The notes under the pieces were generated by a model. The model was not told where the DNA came from, ran no database searches, and saw nothing but the letters and a program-made list of their open reading frames with translations. Positions 19,201 to 29,976 of a stretch of 64,000 nt of DNA are shown here, in pieces. Each line of letters begins with the position of its first letter. Position 1 is the stretch's first letter. Source of the stretch: an uncultured Acidobacteriota bacterium (GTDB lineage Bacteria; Acidobacteriota; Polarisedimenticolia; J045); NCBI GenBank assembly GCA_963702425.1, contig CAVPCQ010000039.1, positions 64,001-128,000 of the forward strand, written 5' to 3'. The translations under genes and the position numbers were made by a program.

Positions 19201-22200
19201 TGGGAGACGGCAAGCGCGGATGCGGCCGTGGACGGGGTCGGGTGTCTCGACCGAGCGCCGCTTCGCGCACGATGCCTTCGGCCACGTGGTCCAAGAAGAG
19301 ACACGTCTCGTGTCGAGGAAGTGGAAGATCGATGGAGTCTTTTTTGACGAGCTCGATCGACCGCAGCGGCAGGAGGCCTACGCTGTGGCCTGGAACGGGG
19401 CAGATCCTCCTCCTCCGCCGGACGACGACGACCCCCCGCTCCCCGGTGACTACGTGGTGCACGAGTTCTGGTACAACGCGACGACCGGCCTGCTGGACTG
19501 GGAGCAAGTACGCGCCGAAGCGAGCAGCGACAAGGTCATTTCGACGATGTACCGAGACGACGATGGCCACGAGCGGATACGGGATGAGCGAGCCTGCCGC
19601 GTGCCTGGCATCGTCGGCGGACTGCCGACATGCGCCAACGGCAACTGGCTGCGCCAGACGCTGCTGACGTACGACGTGGAGGATCGCGTGACGCTGCGCA
19701 AGGTGCTCGGCACGCCGGACAGCGAGTCGACGATCCTGTCCTGGGACGAGACCCTCTACGACACGCGGGGCCGGGCCTACGAGAGCCGGACGCGGTGGAG
19801 CAAGACCGGCCCGACGATCCCGACCAGCTGCACGGACGGCGCGGTCTGCGAGGTGCTGGCAAGCCGGGTGGGCTACGACGTGCGCGATCGCGCGGTGGTT
19901 CCGCCGCACCTGGACTGACGGACACGACCTGGCGGATCACGAAGACGAGTTCGACGGGCTGGGCCGCCGGCGCCAGGTCACCGATCCGCTCGGGAACGTC
20001 ACGACGCTGGTGCGCAACGCGGCCGGCCTGGCGACGGCGAAGACGGAGCAGGAGGTCTCGGACCTGGGCGGGCTGGGGACGAAGACCTGGGTGACGGAGT
20101 TCGGGTTCGACGCCCTGGGCCGGGCGGTGGAGGTGCGGCTGAAGGGCAAGCTGGACGCCGACCCGCAGCGGATCGTCAAGCGCACGCTCGACGCGCGGGG
20201 CCAGACGACGGCGCAGTGGACGCCACTCGGGTCCGCGGCTGCGGGTGACGCCTACAGCACGAAGACGGTCTACGACGGGCTCGGCCGCAAGACGGAGGAG
20301 TGGCGCCACGTCGGAGCGGCTCAGAGCTGGAGCGGGGCCTGGCAGAAGGTCTGTACGGCTTCGACGACGCCGGTCGGATGACGACGCTGACGGTCGCGAA
20401 CACGGCCTCCGGGACGGGGCTCCAGAACCAGGTCACGCAACTGGAGTACGACGCCCAGGGCCGGCGGACCAAGCGCTGCCTGCCGGACTTCCGGCAGGAG
20501 GTGAGCGCGTACCTGTCGAGCGGGCAGCTGAACACGCTGACGGTCACGAGCGCCGGGACGAATTGCAGCGCGCCCGGGACCAAGCAGATCGTGCAGACGT
20601 CGACCTGGGACGACGCGGGGCGCCGCACGCAACTGACGCTGACGACGCCGACGGCGGACGCCGCGCACTACGGCGGGACGAAGAAGCAGACCTGGATCTG
20701 GGACGCGCTGGACCGGCTGGAGAAGAGCACGGACGAGAACGCGGACGGCAGCGAGAACGCGGACGACGACGCGATCGTGCGCAAGAAGTACGACAGCCTG
20801 GGCCGGCCGGTGGAAGAGGGCTTCGGGGAGTCGTCGGGCGCGGCGCGCTGGAAGGTGCTCTCGGCGTACGACCGGCGCGGGGCGCGGATCTCGCTGAAGT
20901 ACCCCGCCGCGAACGGGACCGTCGGCACGACGCTGACGCTGGCCGCGGACACTCTCGGTCGAATGACCGGAATCACGGAGGGCGCGACGATCGTCGCGAC
21001 GCTGACCTACGTCGGGGCCGGCCGGCTGGCGAAGATCGACTCGCAGGACGACTCGGTTTGGCAGGGTCTGGACTGGGACGCGGCGGGCCGGCGGACGCGC
21101 GGCAAGGTGACGGAGGGCGCGACGTCCGCTTCGAGGAGGAGATCGCCTTCGACGCCGACGAACGGGTGCTGTCGGTCAAGTGGCCGCACCTGGTGAGCAG
21201 CGGCCGGCCGCAGGTCCAGCAATACGGCTACGACGAGCAGGCCCGGCTGCTGAAGCTGGAGCAGGGGTACGCCGAACCGAGCGGGAGAAGCTGGACCTTC
21301 CCGGTGGGCTACTCGGCCTTCCACGACTTCCATCTCGACGAGCAGGGCAACTGGGCCGAACATAAGGACGGCGCGGGGACGACGCTGGTGAGCCCGACGA
21401 TCGCCAAGGACAACGCGTACACGGCCTGGCCGGTCTCGGGCGGGTCGACGCTGAGCTTCGTGCTGGACGACACGGGGAGGTTCGTGTACGAGCGGCCGGT
21501 AGCGGGGGGCGGGAAGTACCTCTACCAGCACGACGGCCTCGGCCGCCTGATCTCGGCGCAGCGGATCAGCGTGCCGGGCAAGGCCGACCTGACGACGACC
21601 TACGGTTACACCGCGGACGGCCGGCTGGCCTGGCGCAAGGAGGGCGCGGCGGCGCGGGAGTGGCTGATCTACGACGGGTCGCAGGCGGTGGTGCAGACGA
21701 CCGACACCGCGCTGAGCTGGACCCACGTCTGGGCCGGAAGCCGGCTGGTGCGCTCGACGAAGCACCCGGCCGGACGGTCTACCAGCCGCACCAGGACCGG
21801 CTGGGCTCGATCGTGGTGTTGACGCGCAGCGGCGGCCCGGAACGGGCGCTCTACGACGCCTACGGCCGGCTGGTGGCGACGTTCTAGACGATCACGAACG
21901 ACACATTCGCGATCCCCTACGGCTACGCCGGCGCGCGCTGGGAGGCGACGCGGGACTGTACGAGATGGGGGCGCGCTGGTACGACCCGGAGCTGGGGAGA
22001 TTCATCGAGCAGGACCCGATCGGCGAGGCCGGCGGCCTGAACCTCTACGCCTACGTCGGGTCGAGCCCGACGCTGTGGGTCGATCCGACGGGGCTGGCGC
22101 GAGACCTAACAGAGTGAAGGTTAGCGTTTAAGCAGAGCTGATTATGGCGATACGCTCAGCAGAAGGAGAAGAAGATAAAAAAGGAGACAGAGTTACGTAC

Positions 22201-22946
22201 ATGCGAATGTAAAAAAAAAAAGAAGAGGATGGTTAGATGACGGTGCATAGAGAGGTAAAAAGGTAAGCGGATGAGCATAAGAGTAACTCGAGAAGAGGGT
22301 TAAAAGGTGGTTACAAAGATGAGGTAAAGCTAGAGGATAGAAGGTGAAGGAAGGTGTTAGGTAGATGATTTAGAGTTAGAGAAGGATGAGAAAGGGAAGG
22401 AAAGTAGATATAGTAGGTGGTTGAGAGACTGATAGAGCTTTTGTAGAGCTAGAAGGTAAGGGAGACTATGGATTTATAAGGTGAATAGGGCACTAAGATA
22501 ATAGTTAGGATGGGAGATTTGAAGTCATTAATAGTACAAAAAGACTGTAGAGTTCACTGTAGGTGGTTTAGTAGGTAAGATGTAGATAGAGGCGCAGTAA
22601 GAGTAGCTTGCACAACTGGACAGAGACGTAGCGGTAAGGGTTTAGGGTTATAGGTTTGCAGAAAAGTGGAGTAGGTGTAGGGAGTTTTAGATAACGATAG
22701 AAGAGAGTGCATAGGGGGTTAGGACAAAATTGTTGTATTGTTGTGTTAAGATATCGCGCAAGAGATTGGGTATGTTGATAAGGTTCTCGCGATAAAGTGT
22801 AATAAGAGCAAGATGTGGTAGAGGCTGACAAGGTAAAAGGGAAGAAAGAGTATGAGTAAGATGTAGTAGAGCAGTATGAGAGTAGCTAATAGAAGGTGGC
22901 GCTTAGAGAACTCGGAATATAGAAGTAGGGTTATGAGGGAGTTAAG
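13294..22946 (+). CDS. Giant Rhs/YD-repeat polymorphic toxin with two tandem Rhs modules; broken by many frameshifts and stops in this assembly
   Basis: Signal-peptide-like N-terminus; DUF6531-like segment near 13600; 'WDAAGRL' repeats; second DUF6531-like segment near 17065; core 'MGARWYDPELGRFIEQDPIGEAGGLNLYAYVGSSPTLWVDPTGL' ending at 22096. The tip after that is unreadable, so the end is approximate. Confidence 0.85.
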
Positions 22947-22985
22947 ATGTGGATAAAGGTTATTATAATTCTAGTTGTTTGTACG
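22110..22985. other. Cytosine-depleted, A/G/T-rich segment occupying the toxin tip
   Basis: Only 1-4 C per 60 nt in the lines starting 22321, 22381 and 22441, with G still abundant; flanks are C-rich. Confidence 0.9.
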
Positions 22986-23473
22986 CTCTTCACTGGAGCG
23001 TCCGAGGGCGGTCAGCGACAGCTACCGCTGTCGCGCCTGCCGGAGGTGAGCCTCAAGTTTGACCGGATCTCCAAGATGAGCCGGCCAGAAGCAGATGAGA
23101 AGATTCGACAAGAACTTGCTGCGCGACTCGTAGCGGCCGGCGTGACGATCTCGGAGGAATCACATCAACATCTCGATTTCCGTGTCACGGAGACCGCCGT
23201 GCCTGGATGCTCGGAAATCGTACATCTCCGGCTTGAGGTCTGGCTTTGGGAGTCTGTCCTGCTGCCGCGACTGAACAGCGTCAAGTACGTAGTCGATACG
23301 TGAGCGCAACAGAGGACGAGTTCGTCTGCGCATCCGAGGTCGAGACAGAGTCTAGGAGTCGCCTCCTCTTCTTCGCGGATCGACACGTGATGACCGAGCT
23401 GGCGGCAATGCGAGAGATCGAGACGGAGAAGGGGACACCGACGAAGGCGCCTGTCCCCGCGGGTTCGAAGTAG
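22947..23473 (+). CDS. Putative immunity protein 1 (signal peptide; frameshift near 23295)
   Basis: Directly follows tip 1; 'MWIKVIIILVVCTLFTGASEGG'; lower GC; ORFs 22947-23303 and 23246-23473 join by one shift. Confidence 0.55.
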
Positions 23474-23534
23474 CGACACGTGGTGTAGAAGCGTCACGAT
23501 CCAGGAACAACGTGTCACGACGCCACAGCTGCCC

Positions 23535-25585
23535 AAGACGGAGCAGGAGGTCTCGGACCCGGGCGGGCTGGGGACGAAGACCTGGGTGACGGAGTTCGGG
23601 TTCGATGCCTGGGCCGGGCGGTGGAAGTGCGGCTGAAGGGCAAGCAGGACGCCGACCCGCAGCGGATCGTCAAGCGCACGCTCGACGCGCGGGGCCTGAC
23701 GACGGCGCAGTGGACGCCGCTCGGGTCCGCGGCTGCGGGCGACGCCTACAGCACGAAGACGGTCTACGACGGGCTCGGCCGCAAGACGGAGGAGTAGCGC
23801 TACGTCGGAGCGACTCAGAGCTGGAGCGGAAACTGGCAGAAGGTGCTGTACGACTACGACGACGCGGGCCGGATGACGACGCTGACGGTCCCGAACACGG
23901 CTCGGGGGCGGGGCTCGAGAACCAGGTCACGCAGCTGGAGTACGACGCCCAGGGCCGGCGGACGAAGCGCTGCCTGCCGGACTTCCGGCAGGAGGTCAGC
24001 GCGTACCTGTCGAGCGGGCAATTGAGCACGCTGACGGTCACGAGCGCCGGGACGAGCTGCAGCGCGCCCGGGGCCAAGCAGATCGTGCAGACTTCCAGTT
24101 GGGACGACGCGGGGCGGCGGACGCAACTGACGCTGACGACGCCGACGGCGGACGCCGCGCACTACGGCGGGACGAAGAAGCAGACCTGGTCCTGGGACGC
24201 GCTGGACCGCTTGGAGAAGAGCACGGACGAGAACGCGGACGGCAGCGCGAACGCGGACGACGATGCGATCGTGCGGATGATGTACGACAGCCTGGGCCGT
24301 CCGCTGGAGGAGGGCTTCGGGAACTTGTCCGGCGCGGCGCGCTGGAAGGTGCTCTCGGCCTACGATCGGCGCGGAGTCCGTACGTCGCTGAAGTACCTCG
24401 CCGCGAACGGAACGTCGGCACCACGCTGGCGCTGGCCGCGGACATGTTCGGCCGGATGACCGGGATCACGGAGGGCGCGACCAGCGTCGCGACGCTGACC
24501 TACGTCGGGGCCGGCCGGCTGGCGCGGATCGTCTCGCAGGACGGTTCGGTCTGGCAGGGTCTGGACTGGGACGAGGCCGGGCGGCGGACGCGCGGCCAGG
24601 TGACGGAGGGTGCGGCGGTCCGCTTCGAAGAGGAGATCGCCTTCGACGCCGACGACCGGGTGCTGTCGGTCAAGTGGCCGCACCTGGTGAGCAGCAGCCG
24701 GCCGCAGGTCCAGCAATTCGGCTACGACGAGCAGGCCCGGCTGCTGAAGGTGGAGCAGGGCTACGGGACCTGGGATGGGACGACGTGGACCTTCACGGAG
24801 TACTCGGCCTTCCACGACTTCCATCTCGACGAGCAGGGCAACTGGGCCGAACATAAGGATGGCGCGGGGACGACGCTGGTGAGCTCGACGATCGCCAAGG
24901 ACAACGCGTACACGGCCTGGCCGGTTTCGGGGGGTCGACGCTGAGCTTCGTGCTGGACGACACGGGGAGGTTCGTGTACGAGCGCCCGGTAACCGGGGGT
25001 GGGGAGTACCTCTACTAGCACGACGGCCTCGGGTCGCCTGGTTCGGCGCAGCGGATCAGCGTACCGGGCAAGACCGACCTGACGACGACCTACGGCTACA
25101 CCGCGGACAGCCGGCTGGCTTGGCGCAAGGAGGGCGCGGCAGCGCGTGAGTGGCTGATCTACGACGGGTCGCAGGCGGTGGTGCAGACGACCGACACCGC
25201 GCTGACCTGGACCCACGTCTGGGCCGGAAGCCGGCTGGTGCGGTCGACGAAGAATAGGGCTCGGGACGGTCTACATCCGCACCAGGACCGGCTGGGCTCG
25301 ATCGTGGTGGTGACGCGCAGCGGCGGCCCAGACCGCGCACTCTACGACCCCTACGGCCGGCTGGTGGCGGCCTTCTCGACAATCACGAACGACACTTCGC
25401 GGTTCCCTACGGCTACGCCGGCGCGCGCTGGGAGGCGACGGCGGGGCTGTACCAGATGGGGGCGCGCTGGTACGACGCAGCTGGGACGGTTCCTCGAGCA
25501 GGACCCGATCGGCGAGGCCGGCGGCCTGAACCTCTACGCCTACGTCGGGTCGAGCTCGACGCTGTGGGTCGATCCGACGGGGCTG
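23535..25585 (+). repeat. Orphan Rhs core copy 2 (homologous to about 20040-22096)
   Basis: Near-identical DNA from 'aagacggagcaggaggtctcggac' to 'gatccgacggggctg'; no start; internal stops and shifts. Confidence 0.9.
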
Positions 25586-26487
25586 GCGAGGGAGAGTGCT
25601 ACAACGTGGGAACCGCTGGCGGCGGCTCTGGAAACCGCATGACGCAGATGAACTGGTCCTTCAGCGGCGGGTCCACCAGCGATTGTCTGACCGGCGGCTC
25701 GGGCGGATGGATCGACGCTGCCTTTGGGCGCCAAGATGACTACTAGGGTCCATCGAAGGACGAGCCTGGGTACCGCCTGACGACGCCGGCGCAGCGGCGG
25801 GCGGCCAAGAGGGCGGCGGAGAGCGCGACCGCGACCGCAGCCGCTGGCCAGTTCCCCGACAGCTTCGAAGCGATCATCGGATCATTCGAGAGGTTGGGAG
25901 CAGCGTCACCTGCGGGCATTCCTCTCCAATGCCACGACATGTATGCGAACTCGAGTACGGCCGATCGCCTGGCGCGGAAGTTCGCTGGAATCCGGCCACC
26001 AGTTCCTGTGCATATCGGGGACGACGTGAGTCATACGACCTTCGAGGAGACCCCGAGGGCCACGCGGCGCGTCCCAGTTCAGCACCGGTCGGGATGATCT
26101 GGATACGATCTCAGTCTACCGATGAGCAGGAGTGCCTCGACCTGGTGGAGGAGATGTGGCACGCGGTGGATGAGGCGAGTGTTGGCCATGTTGACCTGCC
26201 GGGATGAGCGAAACCGAATACAAGCAAGCGAAGCGCGACAGAGAGGCCGATGCAGCAATCGCGTGATCACCGTAAAGCAAGAGTTGATGCGCGCGAACTT
26301 CCCGAGGGCTCGCGGACTTCGTGTGCCTCTTGAGGCCTCGTACCTTTCGATGATTCGCGCTGGCCTGTCCGCACAATCGCTTCGTCAGCATATTGGGGAC
26401 CTCAAAGGAAAACTAGTCTTGCAGAATGGACTCACATACGAACAGAACTGGGAAACGGCGTGGCGGTCCGCTCAGCACGGGAGGTAG
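25586..26487 (+). pseudogene. Rhs C-terminal tip 2, metallopeptidase-like (EExxH variant)
   Basis: Linker homologous to tip 3; 'DLVEEMWHAVDE' at 26148-26162; interrupted by TAG at 25744 and frameshifts. Confidence 0.6.
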
Positions 26488-26489
26488 TC

Positions 26490-27170
26490 ATGCGCGGTTG
26501 GGTCCTGCAAACTGCTTCGGCTACTGTCGTCATGGCTCTGATGTGCAGCCTCATACATTCTGACGCTGACCGAACGGTCGAACTCGACGCGATGCGGCGC
26601 TTGCCTAGCATCACGCTTGCCGCCAGCCAGCCCGACCGCTCAGTGGCTCGGGCGGTGTCGGACATTCCGGACTCCGGCGACACTCCTGTCGCGTTGGGGT
26701 GCCGGCTTTTCTGGCTTTGTCCTGTGTGGAGGGTCGCCGATCGAGGGTGGGCTCTGGGCCGAGACGCCGCCCAACACACTCACTCCAATCTCACGGGGAA
26801 CTGAACTGGTCGAGGTCTTCCGCTCCCACGTGGAGTGCTTAGCGATGCCGTCCAGGCTCTCGAGTATGGAAAGCTCTACGCGCTCGTCGAGAGCACGGCG
26901 CGAAATGTGCAGGTGATCGACCGAGAGCCCTCGCGGGGACCGGGTCCCAGGGGCCACTCGTCGCCGAACTGATTGGAGCACTAAGTCCCCACGGTGCGTC
27001 CAGTATTCGAGAACCGATCGTTGCGGGAATCGGCCCGTGGACGGTGACCCTTTACGTTCGAGGAGATGGATCGAATCGACAGAGACGTGTGCGCATAGCA
27101 GCGACAGGAGCGGTTGATTCGATCGAGAGGACTGAAGCTCGAAGTCGCGGACGATCAAGGGAGTCGCGAT
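26490..27170 (+). pseudogene. Putative immunity protein 2 (fragmented; end approximate)
   Basis: GGAGG RBS; ATG 3 nt after the tip-2 stop; hydrophobic N-terminus; continues in shifted frames. Confidence 0.4.
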
Positions 27171-27240
27171 GCTGTGAAGCAGAGATCGGAAGTTCGCTGG
27201 TCGGCGAGGGCACGGTGGGGTGTGTTGGCGGAATCACGCA

Positions 27241-29124
27241 GTTCGTCGGGGAGATCGCCTTCGACGCCGACGACGGGTGCTGTCGGTCAAATGGCCGCAC
27301 CTGGTAAGCAGCGGTCGCCCCCAGGTCCAGCAATTCGACTACGACGAGCAGGCCGGCTGCTGAAGGTGGAGCAGGGCTACGGGACCTGGAACGGGACCGA
27401 GACGAAGTGGACCTTCACGCAGTACTCGTCCTTCCACGACTTCCGTCTGGACGAGCAGGGGAACTGGGCCGAACATCAGGACGGCGCGGGAGCGGAAGCA
27501 TCCTTGTGAACCGACGATCGTCCAGAGCAACGCCTACATAGAGTGGCCGGTGTCGGGCGGGTCGCCGCTGAAGTTCGTGCTGGACGACACGGGGAGGTTC
27601 CTGTACGAGCGGCCGGTGACCGGGGCCAGGAAGTACCTCTACCGGCACGACGGTCTCGGGCGCCTGGTCTCGGCCGAGAAGCAGAACGCGCAGGGCCAGA
27701 TCGTGAGCACCACGACCTACGGCTACACCGCGGACGGCCGGCTGGCCTGGCGGAAGGACGGTGCAGCGGATCGGGAGTGGCTGATCTACGACGGGTCGCA
27801 GGCCGTCGTGCAGATCCAGCAACCGTCCCAGGGGGTCGCCGCCCTGACCTGGACCCACGTCTGGGCCGGAAACCGGCTGGTGCGGACGACCCGTCATCAA
27901 GGGCAGAGCGCGAGCTACGTGCGGCACCAGGATCGGCTGGGATCGATCGTGTTGCTGCGGACGCTCGGGGACGGGAGCCTCGAGAAGAAGCTGTACGATC
28001 CCTACGGCCGTGTGGTCGCCGTTCCCACCGACAGCACGACGAGCCCGTTGCCGATCCCCTACGGCTACGCCGGCGCGCGCTGGGAGGCGACCGCGGGTCT
28101 GTACCAGATGGGGGCGCGCTGGTACGACCCGGAACTGGGGCGGTTCATCGAGCAGGACCCGATCGGCGAGGCCGGCGGCCTGAACCTCTACGCCTACGTC
28201 GGGTCGAGCCCGACACTGTGGGTCGATCCGACGGGGTTGGCGCGGCAGGGCGTTGGGGGATCCGTGATCGGTGGCGGCCCGGTGAACCGGACGAGTCAGC
28301 GTCAACTCCTCGTGGACGGGACGTCGACGAGCGACGTGCTGACGGGCTCGTCGGGCGGCTGGCTCGATTGGGGATCAAGGCACCAGACGGACTACTGGGG
28401 GCCCTCATACGACCAGCCCGGGTACGATCCGAAGACGCCCGCGCAGCGACGTGCTGAGAGAGGGGCCAGCGGGCAGGAGGCGAAGGGCGCGGCAGGCCAG
28501 GGCGGGGATACGGACCTTTACTCGATCATCGCGACCTTCCAACGCATCGGAGCGGAACTCGGCCCTTGGGCCAACAAGATCGACCTGCTCGCGATCAGCT
28601 CTCCCACGCTGCGGCAAGCCCTCGCCCTGGCGCAGCAGCACGACGCGCACTTCTCCGTCCGCGACAGAGCCACACCGAACTACTATCACGAGGGAAGTGA
28701 AAGCGACAACATCCCCGCGCGCACGATTCTCCTCCCGGGCACAACAGATGGCTACACGGCGGAAGATATCGCTCGAGCGATAGTCCACGAGACAACGCAT
28801 CTCGAGCAACACATGACCGGGAGGTTCCCTGACATTCGACAATTGAGCGAGGACAAGTACGTTGCGGGCGTCCTGAAGGCCGAGGCCGAGGCGTTCACGC
28901 GCGGCATGAAAGCCACCGAGGAGTTCTCCCGAGCGGGATTCGTGGTGGATAGGTCGTCTCTCGAAATGCACGTGGCAGCGTCAAGCGGGCTGCCGCAGGC
29001 GGGCGCGGCTTGGGAGCGGGCCGCGACGGCGGCAGCACTCGCTTGGGTCAGCAACCCAGACGTATCGCCCTATCCGGCAAGAGCGCATGCAAACTGGAGG
29101 AGCTACCATGCCCAGGCGAAGTAG
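27241..29124 (+). CDS. Orphan Rhs core copy 3 plus tip 3 (HExxH zinc metallopeptidase-like toxin)
   Basis: Open frame 27550-29124 with 'PTLWVDPTGL', then 'AIVHETTHLEQ' (28786-28800) and downstream 'KAEAEAF'. The 5' part is a fragmented repeat with no true start. Confidence 0.8.
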
Positions 29125-29878
29125 GAACGTGCATACCCCAACGGCGTGCTTGATCGTTGTGACGCTCGTGTTCCTTACGGGCTTGTCTGCGCATCCTCAA
29201 GAGCCTCTGTGCGAGCCTGGATTCACGATGAGCCTGACGGGCAGCAAGGATCTGAAGTGGACCGTGCTCGATGACGAGGCTCGCCGAGAGCTGCTTGACC
29301 TGCTTTACAAGGAAGCTCCCCTTCTCGCCAAAGAGTTCCGATCGTGCGGGGAGCTGGCGCCGATTGTAGAGGTTCCGGCGCCATTCCTCCGCTCAGGCCG
29401 TCTCTACGCGGGGTGCCTTTGTCCTGATATGGAATGGTACTACTTTGGAGCTATCGACGATAGCGCCTACGCGCTCTACGGCAGTTCTACTCGACGCCAG
29501 AACTTCTACGCATTGACTGGATTGAGACTCGACCAAGCCGAAAACCGCCTATTGCTCGCGGTCTTCGATGTGACCGCGTCGCAAGCGCCGCCGAGGAGCT
29601 TCGTTCCAATCCAAGATCCGGGGAATCCGGGCGGAGAGCAGGCTCGGATCATGCGACGATGGAAGGGCTTCTTCAGCGAAGACCGAATGGAGCTGGTGAA
29701 GCGCAATCTGGACCGAGTGACGCCGCCGTGGCTGTGTTCCGAGGATTCGTGGTCGGGAGGCTTCTTCGCGACGGTTCCTTCGGGACTCCGGAGAATCGAC
29801 TTCTCGATCTCCAAAGGCGGCGGCGTCAGTTTCGCGGTGACGGAAGTTGCATCGACGGACGAACTGCACGGTAGATAG
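29108..29878 (+). CDS. Putative immunity protein 3 (signal peptide, Cys-containing)
   Basis: GGAGGAG RBS; overlaps the tip-3 stop; 'ACLIVVTLVFLTGLSAHPQEP'; lower GC than host genes. Confidence 0.7.
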   Translation: MPRRSRNVHTPTACLIVVTLVFLTGLSAHPQEPLCEPGFTMSLTGSKDLKWTVLDDEARRELLDLLYKEAPLLAKEFRSCGELAPIVEVPAPFLRSGRLYAGCLCPDMEWYYFGAIDDSAYALYGSSTRRQNFYALTGLRLDQAENRLLLAVFDVTASQAPPRSFVPIQDPGNPGGEQARIMRRWKGFFSEDRMELVKRNLDRVTPPWLCSEDSWSGGFFATVPSGLRRIDFSISKGGGVSFAVTEVASTDELHGR

Positions 29879-29976
29879 GAAGCGTGACGGCTGGTCCGTC
29901 TGTTTGATTGGCCGACGATCTGTGCCGACGGGAACGCGGAGACCCGTCGCGGCTAGCGAATGTGGATCGCGCACGC

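Noticed and set aside
22110-22985. Diversity-generating retroelement or foreign AT-rich insert
   Set aside because: No reverse transcriptase or TR/VR pair, and DGRs mutate adenines. Ordinary AT-rich DNA would lose both G and C rather than C on one strand.
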